Positions 38,392 to 51,900 of a stretch of 64,000 nt of DNA are shown one piece after another; positions within the stretch are counted from its first letter, which is position 1, and each line of letters starts with the position of its first letter. Below the pieces are notes generated by a model. That model was given only the letters and a program-made list of their open reading frames with translations. It ran no database searches and was not told the DNA's origin. The stretch is from a virus. Lineage: Duplodnaviria > Caudoviricetes. The position numbers and the translations under genes were made by a program. The DNA is taken from positions 1 to 64,000 of the IMG/VR virus record IMGVR_UViG_3300020200_003236. The stretch is one strand, 5' to 3'.

Positions 38392-40623
38392 TTAATCACA
38401 GTGCGGACACTTCTTGCCGATGATAAACGGAACCAGCGTGCAACAAGAATCGTTCTGCGAATAGCTGCCAATTACTTTGCTACTCAATCTAACCACATTA
38501 TTACATGTATCGTAAACCAAAATTGGCCCAACACAAGGATTAGATCCGCCGCAATCGCATCCATTATTGCCATTCCCACCCCCACACTCTTCGCCCGCCA
38601 ATAACAAAATAACATTGGGATTGTAGAACAAATGCAATTGATCGCTTACATTTATGTAAACATCTTTGGTGTAAACAAAATTAACCTTACTGACCAATTC
38701 AATTAGATTAGATGGGTTCTTTTCAAAGTCTCCAACCACAGTGATGTGATTGTCATAAGTCATTGCCACATAGTTTCCACCAACTCGCAAAAATACTAAT
38801 CCGGGGCCACTTGGGGCTTCTTGATAACGGTGAATGTGTGGCCCACGTTCTTTATTATCATATTGAGGACAGAAAATTTGAATGTGTTGACGTTGTGTTT
38901 CTTCTTGAGAAGCCTCATCTTTCATCAATATTTCCAATCCATAACCAGTTCTAATCTTCACAAAAGCCTTCTTGGCCTTCGATACCGGCTGGAAATCTTC
39001 TGGCGGTGCGCCCTCGATTTCTCGACGGCATGGAGAACATTGTTCATTAGTCCAATCAATCATTTCAAATGAGTGATTGCTAGTTGAACGCATTGTGAAT
39101 CCACGTTTTTCACCGGCAATATTTGGTGGGCACCCAGGACACCCTTCTAAACTCTCGGTATGATCATTCATCTCAAAAAAGTTGCCAGTCGCAGTCTTCA
39201 AACGAATATAATTCTCTTTGCCACGCAATTGCATGGTGTCTTTCTTTCCTTGCGGACTTTCTACGTCACTCATTTCTATGGTATGACCAGTTGCCGACTT
39301 CCAATACGATCTGCCAACGTAGTGATTGTTGCAACCAAAGTCGAAAGACCGCATGCTGCGTTCCCACTCTGGGTTCCCGTTTGGTTCTTCTACTGAATCG
39401 TCCATTACAAATGTATGGCCAGATATGGACATAAATTGAATGCCAGATTGCGGCAAATCACATTTATTGTTCTGTGGTGTGCCCGGACCCTTGTAAGGAC
39501 GACATTCATTTTTATGCTTGAAATATGGATTTGCACCCTTCTGCTGTTTATAATATTTTGTTTTAGGATGACCAGTTCTTGGATGACCACCAATAATTTT
39601 ACTATTGCTTACTGTTCCTTCGCACTCTGTATCTTCTTTCTTCTTTCCTTCATCGGGATCAATATCTCGTGTTTTTGCTTCCTCGTCAATTAAAGCAATA
39701 ACTTCCTCTGTACTCGATCCCGCTCCTACATCATCTCCGGTTTCTCCAAAGTTCAATCCACCTTTTGCACGATCTGGTTCCGGTGCTTCGCTTACATCTT
39801 CTACACAACTTACATCATCGTCTGGCACACCGCATTCTGGGTGTGACCACTGACCGGCATAATGCAAATGATCGTCTTTCATCATGATCCAGTTGCCGCA
39901 ACCGGACATAATTTCAAAACGCTTCCATCTCCGGTTACATTTGGGATCACCATCCACCATTTTTATCATGTGTTTTTCTGGTGTTTTGAATCCGTAAATG
40001 TTTGGATATGTGATGATTTTTTGAACTTCGGGTTTGTCTGCAAAGTCCAAAATTGATGTTAAATCGAAACCGTTGTAGCTTTCTGTGTTCCACGGCGGAA
40101 ATACCTGAGATTCATCATCTGGTCCAACCATGTAACCTTTTCGGTGTCCCTCCCAGATTCGGTAGTATTCAGGGATGTTGATACCCCAATTGTGTTCTCC
40201 TGCTGGGCCTCTATTTCTTTGCCATGTGGTTCCAACATAGTAGGCACTCGATCTGTTACCGTTTTCAAACAAAAGACATACTGTTGATCCTGCTGGGGGC
40301 ACCCAATTTAGACCAGAATCATCAAACCCGCCCATTGAAGATACAGGCAAAGCCCAAGGCAATTTCTTTATAGGACTTTTAGGATTATGGAATACAGGAG
40401 AATAATATCTAATTCTATTTTGCTTCCAAATGTCTATGGTTTCTACACACAATGCTGTGTATAAACCAAATTGCGTTTCGGCTTGTGAAACAACAGTGCT
40501 ATGTTGTGCTAATTCAGCACGCATAACTCCACGCATTTCATAATTCACATTACCTAATCTGTTTTGAAGAGTGGTAATTTGTCTTTTTAACAAATCAATT
40601 TCTTGTTGCATTTCATTTAACAT
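38392..40623 (-). CDS. Baseplate central spike (gp5/VgrG-like OB fold plus beta-helix) with Cys-rich C-terminus
   Basis: WALPV..WVPPAGSTVCLLFENG OB fold; repeated (S/T)xGHxxxMxD beta-strand motifs; no lysozyme domain recognised. Confidence 0.82.
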   Translation of the reverse strand: MLNEMQQEIDLLKRQITTLQNRLGNVNYEMRGVMRAELAQHSTVVSQAETQFGLYTALCVETIDIWKQNRIRYYSPVFHNPKSPIKKLPWALPVSSMGGFDDSGLNWVPPAGSTVCLLFENGNRSSAYYVGTTWQRNRGPAGEHNWGINIPEYYRIWEGHRKGYMVGPDDESQVFPPWNTESYNGFDLTSILDFADKPEVQKIITYPNIYGFKTPEKHMIKMVDGDPKCNRRWKRFEIMSGCGNWIMMKDDHLHYAGQWSHPECGVPDDDVSCVEDVSEAPEPDRAKGGLNFGETGDDVGAGSSTEEVIALIDEEAKTRDIDPDEGKKKEDTECEGTVSNSKIIGGHPRTGHPKTKYYKQQKGANPYFKHKNECRPYKGPGTPQNNKCDLPQSGIQFMSISGHTFVMDDSVEEPNGNPEWERSMRSFDFGCNNHYVGRSYWKSATGHTIEMSDVESPQGKKDTMQLRGKENYIRLKTATGNFFEMNDHTESLEGCPGCPPNIAGEKRGFTMRSTSNHSFEMIDWTNEQCSPCRREIEGAPPEDFQPVSKAKKAFVKIRTGYGLEILMKDEASQEETQRQHIQIFCPQYDNKERGPHIHRYQEAPSGPGLVFLRVGGNYVAMTYDNHITVVGDFEKNPSNLIELVSKVNFVYTKDVYINVSDQLHLFYNPNVILLLAGEECGGGNGNNGCDCGGSNPCVGPILVYDTCNNVVRLSSKVIGSYSQNDSCCTLVPFIIGKKCPHCD

Positions 40624-40635
40624 TATTCACCTTGT

Positions 40636-42087
40636 TTATATTGATTCCAGTACTTCGCCTGAATCATTATCAAATGCCAATGTACCACATCCGTCACCAC
40701 CCAATGTAGAACCTTGGTCAATGTCTGCATTTGGTGTATCTAATTTCACTTTTATTGTCGTATTGTATTTTCCAGCTTCAATTTGATGATCTATTCCCAA
40801 TATTAGCCATTTTTTATTGCTTAAAACTTCATTGCATTTTGGCTCCGAAATCCAAGTACATCCTTCTATGGTGTATGGATTTATCATGACTATAGAAATA
40901 GTGGCACCAGCTAAAAGAACTGGATTTGCAAATTCTCGGCTTGGGTCGCCAAGAATTTTCAATTCAGCTTCTAATCCGGGTTTAATTTCATAATCTTTAT
41001 TTGCACGAGTTTGAGCAGCAGTCGTTTCTTGGTTTCTTCTAGCCGAATTATTTGGACTGCCCCAATCTCTATCATTATGCTGAATAGTTTGATTATCTTG
41101 AGGACCGGCATTTTCTACGTCAATGTCTGGATCAGCCTTCTCGTCTCCAATAGCCGAATCTCCACCCATCGCAGTACCACCAGCATTGTTGTTAAACAAA
41201 ATCCAATCTACAGTTGGCGTAAAACTTATAACTTCACTACAATTTCCTCCGTTTACAACATATGTCCCTATCCAACGTTTACAACAAGGGGGATCTTCGT
41301 TTCTTCCGGGTTTTGGGTCTTCTGTAATTACAAGGTCTGATTCTTCTGGATCATATTGAATGATAGTTCCTTTATCATTGATTGTGAGGCCAGCGCTACC
41401 GAGCCACCTTCTAATTACAGATAAACCATTTTGTTGATCGCCGGTCCATTTTGCTCTTGGCCCTTCTTCGTCACCCGTCGCTTTCCAACCAAATTCTCCT
41501 GCTGGTTCGTATCTTACCTCCATTACTGGATCGTTTTTTCCAAATACAGAGTCTATTGCATCTTTTAGAGGGATCTTGTTGTCGTCTGCTCCAAAATTGG
41601 CTTCTATTTTTCTTTCAAAGTGACGACTCATTAAGTCAACGCATTCAAGACTGATTTTAACAGTGCCTACTTCATAGTTTGTTTGCATTGTTTTAATCAT
41701 AATGTGAATTGCCGGACTAGATTTCTTTTCTATACTGCCATCACACTTTTTGATAATCCATCCATATGTAAAATAAGTTAAATCTGTATCTTCTGTTGCA
41801 CGATTGATTGTTTTGTTTACTGCTTTTGCAAACTCAATGTACGCATTTCCACCCTCAGAAACTAATTCTATCTTCGCACCAACACCTGAACTGGCCACAC
41901 CAAACCCATATTGAAACGATTTAATTACAGTTTTGTGCGGGTTGTTTGGCGAAGATTCATTGCCTACTGTGTAAAATGAGCCTCCCCGTATGCTCAACTC
42001 CACAAACGGGGCGAAAACAGCACCATCTATTGGTTCATTTGGTGGGCCACAAGAATATGTGGATATACATTCATTTTCACAAGCCAT
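40636..42087 (-). CDS. Baseplate hub (gp27-like) protein
   Basis: Position between the gp53-like and spike genes; LKILGDP, WLILGIDHQI..YNTTIKV. Confidence 0.7.
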   Translation of the reverse strand: MACENECISTYSCGPPNEPIDGAVFAPFVELSIRGGSFYTVGNESSPNNPHKTVIKSFQYGFGVASSGVGAKIELVSEGGNAYIEFAKAVNKTINRATEDTDLTYFTYGWIIKKCDGSIEKKSSPAIHIMIKTMQTNYEVGTVKISLECVDLMSRHFERKIEANFGADDNKIPLKDAIDSVFGKNDPVMEVRYEPAGEFGWKATGDEEGPRAKWTGDQQNGLSVIRRWLGSAGLTINDKGTIIQYDPEESDLVITEDPKPGRNEDPPCCKRWIGTYVVNGGNCSEVISFTPTVDWILFNNNAGGTAMGGDSAIGDEKADPDIDVENAGPQDNQTIQHNDRDWGSPNNSARRNQETTAAQTRANKDYEIKPGLEAELKILGDPSREFANPVLLAGATISIVMINPYTIEGCTWISEPKCNEVLSNKKWLILGIDHQIEAGKYNTTIKVKLDTPNADIDQGSTLGGDGCGTLAFDNDSGEVLESI

Positions 42088-42096
42088 TATTCCTCT

Positions 42097-42420
42097 TTAG
42101 AAAAAAGCTCCGGGTATTTTTATACTAAGACCACTTTTAAAATCATAAATGTCTTTAATGTTATTGGCTTCCATTATTTTCCACCAAAAGTCTGTCACAC
42201 CATAAAATTCATTTGAAACTAAATCTGGTCTATATTCATAGCCTTTTGTGATTATGGTGAACTTATCTTTTTTACTCGGTTCTATTTTTTGCTTTCTATA
42301 CAATGGGTACGTTAGCTTCTTTTTCTCCGTATAGTAAACTACCGGAGATTGAGCATAACGACTTGATACATTGACAAACTTTCTAGCCTGAATTTTTGTT
42401 GTTTCTATGTAATTCGCCAT
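42097..42420 (-). CDS. gp53/LysM-like baseplate wedge protein
   Basis: YRPDLVSNEFYGVTDFWWKIMEANNI. Confidence 0.8.
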   Translation of the reverse strand: MANYIETTKIQARKFVNVSSRYAQSPVVYYTEKKKLTYPLYRKQKIEPSKKDKFTIITKGYEYRPDLVSNEFYGVTDFWWKIMEANNIKDIYDFKSGLSIKIPGAFF

Positions 42421-42429
42421 ATTTTCTCC

Positions 42430-42963
42430 TTAAATACTTGTTCCTAGAAATTGAATTTCTTCGGCATAAGGTAGATTTGAACTGTCATATACTACCTCAA
42501 AACTTAAATCTATGTCTAATTTATAAGGAACATATCCTATATCATCCCAAGCCACTTCAGTTGGGAATTTAATAGAGTAACTTTTCAGTACACAACACAA
42601 TTCATCTACTGCCAATAATCGACCACACTTTATTTTGCAAATAGGGGGCGGTGCATAAGGCTGTTCTTTACTGCTAGGATAAACACAGGCTTCTAACAAC
42701 TTTATTTTTCTCAATATGTCTTCTTGATCGCCCTCTTTGCAAACCATTAGGTGAATTGTCCAAGAAATTGTTCTATTCTCGGAGTATGCATAATTCTTAA
42801 TTGGAAATGATCTGCCAATTGCTGACTCATCAGCATAATTGGCACTTTTTGAATCAGAAATATCTGGCAATATTCTCATAACAATTTTGTCACTTAATTC
42901 TGGTATATCAATGTAACAATCTTCAATGTTTCTAAGCGAACCATCTGGTAATGTAGCTTTCAT
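42430..42963 (-). CDS. Tail-tube initiator / CIS tube-like protein
   Basis: ISDSKSANY..IGRSFP, PPPICKIKCG, VLKSYSI pattern; lies immediately downstream of the tape measure gene. Confidence 0.72.
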   Translation of the reverse strand: MKATLPDGSLRNIEDCYIDIPELSDKIVMRILPDISDSKSANYADESAIGRSFPIKNYAYSENRTISWTIHLMVCKEGDQEDILRKIKLLEACVYPSSKEQPYAPPPICKIKCGRLLAVDELCCVLKSYSIKFPTEVAWDDIGYVPYKLDIDLSFEVVYDSSNLPYAEEIQFLGTSI

Positions 42964-42971
42964 TTAACCTC

Positions 42972-45900
42972 TTATACTATTTGAGAACCGATATTCAAAA
43001 TCTGTTTGCCGGAAGACTGGAAGTGCTTTCCAGCAGCCCATCGGTAATAATTGGTTGGCTTTTGACCAACTTTGTTAGCGGCAGTATCACCCACATTCGC
43101 TTCGCTGCTTCCTGCTTTTGAACTTTCGCCGCCCTTAAATATCTTGAGAATTTGCTCCAACAAAGAAACCATTTGTTCTTGCAAATCGTTTTCTGTTGAT
43201 GCCGCTTGTGCCAATTCAGACAATTCTGGCGAAGAAATTTGAGACGCTGCTGGTTCGGACGATGCGGCATTCTGCCTTACTTGCTGATGCACATCTGCTG
43301 TTGGCGGATGTACAGCAACTTGTGGGTTGGTAGCTGTCGCTGGTTGTTCTGCCCGAACTGTAGGGTTACTCCTCTGATGTTCTTGTTCTATTCTCTGCTC
43401 TGCCGATCTAATTGAGTCTCTTTCAGCACTTCTTTCTGCTTCACGGCGAGAAGCGTTTCTGCCCCCACGTTCCAAATACTCATTGGTCGTAGGACGACTT
43501 TGTAGCGCCTGACGGATTCTATCTCCTCTATTTGGTTGCGATTGAGCTTGCTGCAATGTTTGTTGTCCTCTCTGGACAGTAGACATAGCAGGCTGTATTT
43601 GGTCCCTAGTCATAGCAGGCTGTATTTGGTCCCTAGTCATAGCAGGCTGCAATGCTTGTCTTCTGGCCTCAGACAATGGATCGCCGCCAACTCTAGGAGT
43701 TACAGTTGGATTCGCTACGTTTGCAGGAATCGTTCCTGCTACAGCCGCAGTTGGGTCTGTAGAGACGCCAACTCTAGGAGTTACAGTTGGATTCGCTACG
43801 TTTGCAGGAATCGTTCCTGCTACAGCCGCAGTTGGGTCTGTAGAGATATCTGTCTTCGGTTGTTCTACTTTTGCAACTACTTCTGTCGGGGTTTCTTGTT
43901 TGAATAACTTTTTGATTGTATCAATTAGCATTAAGTCAGTTACATACAAACCATTGCCCGGAGTAATGGCCGTTATCATGAACTGGTCCATGTCTTTAGA
44001 CAAAGATGTTGCCGCTTCTTGTTCTTTGCGAGCAACCTTATCGTCTTGTACTTGCTCAGTTGGGCTACCGGCATTTACGCTCTTTCCACCTGCGGCTGCT
44101 CCACCCCCAGCTTCGGTCATCTTGTTGTTCATTTCCAAAGCGGCAAGTTCGGCCAACGGCAAAGTCTTCAACAATTCAACGTCGATCCTCATGCCCCGAA
44201 TGTCTTGCATTACTTCGCTCAACATTTGCAGAGCATCCTTTAAGCCACTCATTACTTCGGCCAAGGCTGAGATTCTAGCAGCCGCTTCCTGAATTTCAGA
44301 AGACGGTGGAAGGTGCTTCTTGATTGGTTCTAAAATTCCAGTGTTCAAAGCGCTTGCTATTCCTGAGAAGTAATCTGCGAAATTGTCAGTTTGTCTTCCG
44401 ATCTTCGCAATCGGGGAGAACCACCACCATCCGGTTACAAGTGGCCCCAACTCTGTAGAAACATTATTGAGTAGCAGGGCCACCTTCTTCACAGTTTCTG
44501 CCATGCCGTCCAGTTGTCCAACAACTTCGGTAAGTTCTTCCGACGATGGGAAGAATTGTTTTATTGGATTGATTATTCCATTCACCAAGCTGGCCGCAAT
44601 ACCCTTAAAGTATCTGGAAAATATTGCAGTCTTTACTCCCAAAAAGATGACTGAGTTCCACCACCATCCGGTTACAAGTGGCCCCAACTCTGTAGAAACA
44701 TTATTGAGTAGCAGGGCCACCTTTTTCACAGTTTCTGTCATGCCGTCCAGTTGTCTAACAACTTCGGTAAGTTCTTCCGACGATGGGAAGAGTTTTATTG
44801 GATTGATTATTCCATTCACCAAGCTGTCCGCAATACCCTTAAAGTAGCTGGAAATTATTGCAGTATCTACTCCCAAAAAAGGATTGCTTATTATTATCCA
44901 AAATACATCGTTTACAGCAGGTGCCAATCCACTCAAGAATGGTGGAACTTGCTTCACAGTTTTTGCCACGCCGTCCAGTTGTCCAACAACTTCGGTAAGT
45001 TCTTCCGACGATGGGAAGAGTTTTATTGGATTGATTATTCCATTCACCAAGCTGTCCGTAATACCCTTAAAGTAGTCGGAAATTATTGCAGTCTTTACTT
45101 CCAACAAAGGATTGTCTATTATTGTCCAAAATACATCGTTTACAGCAGGTGCCAATTCACTCAAGAATGGTGGAACTTGCCCCACAGTTTCTGTCATGTC
45201 GTAAAGTTGTCCAACAACTTCGGTAAGTTCTTCCGACGATGGGAAGAGTTTTATTGGATTGATTATTCCATTCACCAAGCTGTCCGTAATACCCTTAAAG
45301 TAGTCGGAAATTATTGCAGTATCTATCTTCGCAATCGGGGAGAACCACCACCATCCGGTTACAAGTGGCCCCAACTCTGTAGAAACATTATTGAGTAGCA
45401 GGGCCACCTTCTTCACAGTTTCTGCCATGCCGTCCAGTTGTCCAACAACTTCGGTAAGTTCTTCCGACGATGGGAAGAATTGTTTTATTGGATTGATTAT
45501 TCCATTCACCAAGCTGGCCGCAATACCCTTAAAGTATCTGGAAAATATTGCAGTCTTTACTCCTAAAAAGATGACTGAGTTCCACCACCATCCGGTTACA
45601 AGTGGCCCCAACTCTGTAGAAACATTATTGAGTAGCAGGGCCACCTTCTTCACAGTTTCTGCCATACCGTCCAGTTGTCCAACAACTTCGGTAAGTTCTT
45701 CCGACGATGGGAAGAGTTTTATTGGATCGATTATTCCATTCACCAAGCTGTCCGCAATACCCTTAAAGTAGTTGGAAATTATTGCAGTCTTTACTCCCAA
45801 AAAAGGATTGTCTATTATTGTCCAAAATACATCGTTTACAGCAGGTGCCAAGCCACTCAAGAATGGTGGAACTTGCTTCACAGTTTCTGTCATGCCGTCA

Positions 45901-48900
45901 AGTTGTCCAACAATTTCGGTAAGTTCTTCCAACGATGGGAAGAGTTTTATTGGATTGATTATTCCATTCATCAAGCTGTCCGCAATACCATTAAAGTAGT
46001 CGGAAATTATTGCAGTCTTTATTTCCAACAAAGGATTGTCTATTATTGTCCAAAGTACATCGTTTACAGCAGGTGCCAATTCACTCAAGAATGGTGGAAC
46101 TTGCTTCAAAATTGCAATTGTTGCTGCCAAATTAGTTTCAGCACTTTGTATTTCTTCATTAGATGGCAATGACTCGATGATCGGGATGATAATACCTTCT
46201 CTTAGGAAGCTCGTAATGCTTCTGAACCAAGCCTTGAATTGCTCAACACCCGCTGCCAACACAGCGATTGGAGCATCCCCCATGCAATCATTTGGATTTA
46301 GCGGCACCAACAACTTAGCCAAACCGCCGATAATTCTGGGTAAAGATCGTACAATGACATACATTGCAGAAAGTATTCTGCCCGCCAGCATTATGGTCTT
46401 AGGTTCCGGCAATTGTGTAAGAATTGGAACAACAATTCCATTCAACATAAATCTAGCAATTCCTGTGAACCATCTCCTGAACAACACGGTGTTACCAGCC
46501 AGTTTATCTGCCGGTGTGTCACTCAAAGAATCACCAGAATCCATAAGTGGAATTAGTTCGTATGCCAAACTTTTTATGACTCTAGGAATAGCCTTCACAA
46601 TCACAGCCATTGCGGAAATTATTCTCGCAGCCGTTTGAATTTCTTTTGCGTCCGGCAGAATGGTTAGGATTGGAACGACTATGCCGTAAAGCATGAATCT
46701 GGCAATTTGTCTAAACCACTTTGCGAATTCTTTTCTATTTTCAATGATTTTATCTATTGGAGAATCAGATAACAATCCGCCATCCATCAAGGCCATCACA
46801 GCGGCTAGATTTTTAATCATTGGAACAATGCCCTTAGCAATTACTGCCATTGCAGAAACAATTCTTGCAGCCGCCACAATTTGGTTTGGATCACCGAATT
46901 CAGCAATTACTGGATTGACAATGCCCGTGTGCATGAATTTGCCAATTTGTTCAAAGTATTTTCTGAAATCCTCTTTGTTTTTGATGATTTTTTCTACCGG
47001 AGAATCCGAGAAGAAACCACCATCCATCAAAGCCATCGCATCTGCTAGGTTCTTGATGACGGGGACTGTGCTTCTGGCTACTATGGCCATAGCTCGCATA
47101 ATCATCGCAGCAGCTATAATTTGCTTTGGATCGCCAAATTCCTTGATTACCGCATTAACAATTCCGTCATTGACAAATTTGGCTGTGGCAGCGAACCAAG
47201 TTGTAAATTCACCCTTATTCTTTTCTATTTTCTTGGCAGGCGAATCCGTGAAGAAACCACCATCCATTACAGCCATTACAGAAGAAAGACTTTGTATTGC
47301 CACTCTGGTGCTGCACAACACAATTGCCAGCGATTTCATAATCAAAGCGGCATTTTGTAAAGACTTAACATCAGATAAACCGCTAATTTGAGCCAAAATT
47401 CCAGTCTTCACAAAGTTAACTGTTTCTTGGAACCATGTTGCAAATACGTCTTTATTACTTCTGATCTTTTCTACCGGAGATGCTGTGAAGAATCCGCCAT
47501 CCATTAAGCCCATAATTGCTGTTAGCGATAAAAGAGCTATTGACGTGGCTCTCAACATAAGCGCCATGCCAAGCATTGTCTTGGCTGCATTCTTGAGTTC
47601 TTTTGCATCCTTGAAATTCTGAATTCCATCAATGATGCTCTTAACGAAATTGCCAACAGATGTAAAGAATCCATTGAATTGAGGAATTGCTTCCTTAATT
47701 TTTTCAATTGGAGACGCTGTAAATACTCCGCCCTGAGTTAGTGGGGCTATTTTCTCAACCATGATTTGAATAGCAGGCAAGGCCGCTTGCAAAATTACGG
47801 CCATCATTTTGAGTGACTTCGCCGCATTCTTTAGTTCTTTTATGTTGCCAAAAGCGTTTTTGACTTGGTTAACAATAGTTGAAATAAACATAATCATCTT
47901 GGGGAAGAATACAGCCATTTTCCTCCTGGCTTCTTCCATTTGTTCTATTGGAGAAGAAGCGAAGAAACTGCCCTGAGTCAAAGGCGTGATCTTAGTTCCT
48001 AAATCGTTCAATACTTTTGCGGTCAACGAGACTATCATGCTTATCATGTAAAGCAAATTGACCATATTCTTTGCAGCCTTTAGATCAACCTGAGCCTGCA
48101 AACTCTTGGCGAAATCTACTACTGTACCGACGTATCTAGTCATCGGTTGTTTCATGGTATCCAATGTATCTGTGCCCTGATTCATTGCATCGACAGTTGA
48201 TAGTGCCACAATCCAGAATCCCTTGCTGTAACTAATCGACATTATCTTGTCGCTGGCCTTCATGATTTGGTCTGTGACTTCGCCACACGCCGAAAGAATT
48301 GCAGCAACGCCTCGTGCCATCGAAACAGTTTGTTTCGGATTAAGTTTGGCACCCAAATCCTTGGCTATACTAACCACGGTACCGACGTATCTAGTCATCG
48401 GTTGTTTCATGGTATCCAATGTATCTGTGCCCCGATTCATTGCATCGACAGTTGATGATGCCAACCACCAGAATCCCTTGCTGTAACTAATCAATATTAT
48501 CTTGTCGCTGGCCTTCATGATCTCGTCTGTGACTTCGCCACACGCCGCCAGAATCGCAGCAACGCCCTTGGCCATTTCAATTGATTGTTTCGGATCAAGT
48601 TTGGCACCCAAATCCTTGGCTATACCAACCACGGTTGCGATGTATCTAGTCATTGGTTGTTTCATGGTATCCAATGTATCTATGCCCCGATTCATTGCAC
48701 CGACAGTTGATAGTGCCACAAGCCAGAATCCCTTGCTGTAACTAATCGACATTATCTTGTCGCTGGCTTTCATTATCTCATCTGTTACTTCTCCACATGC
48801 TCCGATAATCGCAGCAACGCCCTTAGCCATTTCTGTGGCTTGTTTTGGATTTAGAGAGCCACCCATTTGTTTAGCAATACGGACTACAGTTTGAATGTAG

Positions 48901-51900
48901 GTTCCAACTGGTCCAGCCAAATCACTAAGAGCGATTACACCTTCACGCATTCTGTCGGCAACTTTGCTTCCTGTTAACCAAGCCCAGAATCCACCATATA
49001 CTGGAACATTCAATAATTTGTCTTTAGCTTTAAATATTTCTTCTGTTACTTCGCCACATGCTCCAAGAATCGCAGCAACTCCCTTAGCCATTTCTGTGGC
49101 TTCTTTTGGACTTAAAGAAGCTGCCATTTGTCTGGCAATACGCACTACAGTTTGAATGTAGGTTCCAACTGGTCCAGCCAAATCACTAAGAGCGATTACA
49201 CCTTCACGCATTCTGTCGGCAACTTTGCTTCCTGTTAACCAAGCCCAGAATCCACCATATACTGGAACATTCAATAATTTGTCTTTAGCTTTAAATATTT
49301 CTTCTGTTACTTCGCCACATGCTCCAAGAATCGCAGCAACTCCCTTAGCCATTTCTGTGGCTTCCTTGGGGTTCAAGGAGCTTGCCATTTGTCTGGCAAT
49401 ACGCACTACAGTTTGAATGTAGGTTCCAACTGGTCCAGCCAAATCACTAAGAGCGATTACACCTTCACGCATTCTGCCGGCAACTTTGCTTCCTGTTAAC
49501 CAAGCCCAGAATCCACCATATACTGGCATATTCAATAATTTGTCTTTAGCTTTAAATATTTCTTCTGTTACTTCGCCACATGCTCCAAGAATCGCAGCAA
49601 CTCCCTTAGCCATTTCTGTGGCTTCCTTGGGGTTCAAGGAGCTTGCCATTTGTTTGGCAATGCGAACTACAGTTTGGATATAAGTTCCAACTGGTCCGGC
49701 CAAATCACTAAGAGCGATTACGCCTTCACGCATTCTGTCGGCAACTTTACTTCCTACCAACCAAGACCAGAAACCACCATATACTGGCATATTCAACAAT
49801 CTGTCTTTGGCTTTAAATATTTCTTCTGTAATTTGTCCGCAAGCGCCAAGAATATCTGCAACGCCCTTAGCCATTTCTATTGCTTGATCTGGGCTAATTT
49901 TGCCGCCAATTTTCTTGGCTATATCAACTACCGTTCCGATATAGGCTATGACTGGCTCAGACAAACTATTTAGAGCGTCCAATCCAGCCCACATCAAAGG
50001 TATAATTAACCAAGACAAAATTGAGAGTAATCCCAATTTCACCAATGAACCCATCTGGCCTAAGATGCTATCTGTAATTCTTCCAGCGGAATCAATAACA
50101 GATGCAACGGCGTCAGCTATCTTCTGGCCTTCTTCTGGGGTGACGGTCATAGATTTCTTGGCCATGTTGATGATAGCACTTGCCAAACCAATCATCACAG
50201 GGGTTAAGAGTGTCAGTGCTATTGCACCCAAAGCCATAAATCCTAAACCAGCCCAGAACAATGGGGTGTACAGCATGTAGCCAAGAGCAGCCAGACCTGC
50301 ACCAGCAGCAATCACACTTGCAGCAATGCTACCGGCTGATTTGATTATGTCAGCAACATCGTCCGCTACTTTAGCGGCTACTGCTGGGTCCATTCCCTTG
50401 CCCATTACTCCTTGAGCAATGTCGATAATTGCCATTGCTAGTTTGATAATTGCAGGAGTAATTGCCAAAATAGCCACTGCACCTATAGCGGCCATCAAAG
50501 CCATCGACCAGAATGCTCCGGTTATTACGGCTGTTCCGAGAAGTGACAATGCCCAACCAGAAGCTAGAACGGCACCGGCAATTACACCAGCGGCAACTAT
50601 TACGCCTGCTGTGTCTTCTGCTATCTTCTTAGCCACACTCAAGTCAAGTCCTGCTGCCACTGTTATGGCTTCACCCATCTTCAATATGGCTACACCCAAC
50701 GCAACTATTGCAGGAGTAATTGCCAAAATAGCTATTGCACCCAAAGCGGCTAATCCTGCCATCAACCAGAATGCTCCGGTTGTCATGGCGGCTCCGAGAA
50801 GTGACAATGCCCAACCAGAAACTAGAACGGCACCGGCGATTACGCCAGCAGCAACTATTACGCCTGCTGTATTCATTGCAGTTTCAGCGCCCATAGCCAA
50901 ATCAACGCCTGCTGCCGCCATCAAAGCGGAAGACATTTTGATTATGGCCATAGCCAAAAGTAGTATTGCTGGTGTCAATATGAGAAGAGCCACGGCACCA
51001 AGAGCCATTAGTCCAGCCATAGCCAGCGTAGACATGCCGCCGTCCCACATCATTGCTCCTAAGAAATACAACGGGATACTGGCCCCAATAACGCCTAGTG
51101 CGATAACTCCTGCTGCACCAATGATTGCAGCAACATCCAGTGCGACCATAGCGGCGGTTCCCGCATCAAGGCCGAATGCTCCAAGAATCTTTGAACTCAT
51201 CCAGATAATTGCACTGGCAAGCAAAACAATGGCTGGTGCTAATATCAGAAGTGCCAATCCACCTTTTCCAATGGTCCACAACATGTCATTCAAGTCGCCT
51301 TTCAGCAACGGGCTTTCTTTAAGCTTTTCCAAACACTCCACAGCTTCACTTACACCATAAGCTATTAAGCCAGCAGCGGCGGCGATTGCTCCCACTATTA
51401 CTGCTGTCTCTGCTACTGTCGAAAGGTCTAATCCGAATGCATTGGTTATTTTGTTTACCATCCAAATAATGGCAGCACCCAACAATACCAAGGCCGGTCC
51501 AATAAGAGCTACGGCAATGGCCATCTTAGCCATTTCTTTGTAATTTTCTTTTACACCAGACGCAAATTCTTTAGATTCTGACGTATCCAATTCTTTGTAA
51601 AGTTGAACTGCACCAAATGCAATTGCTCCACCAGCCGCTGCAACCGCTGCCACAGTAGCTGCTGTCTGCATTACAGTAGCCTCATCGAGGCCGAGTAAGT
51701 CAAGAATCTTCTTGCCTAAGAATATGATTGCGGCACCCAAGGCAAGGACGCCCACAGCAAGGGTTGCTATGGCGGCAGCATTTTCCATGAAGCTGCCGCC
51801 CATTTCGTCTATAACGCCAGGATCAACATCCCCGACAGGGGCCGAGGCTTGTTTTTTTAATTCTTTACTTTTGAGAGCTTTTTCAGCCTTAACATTCTTG

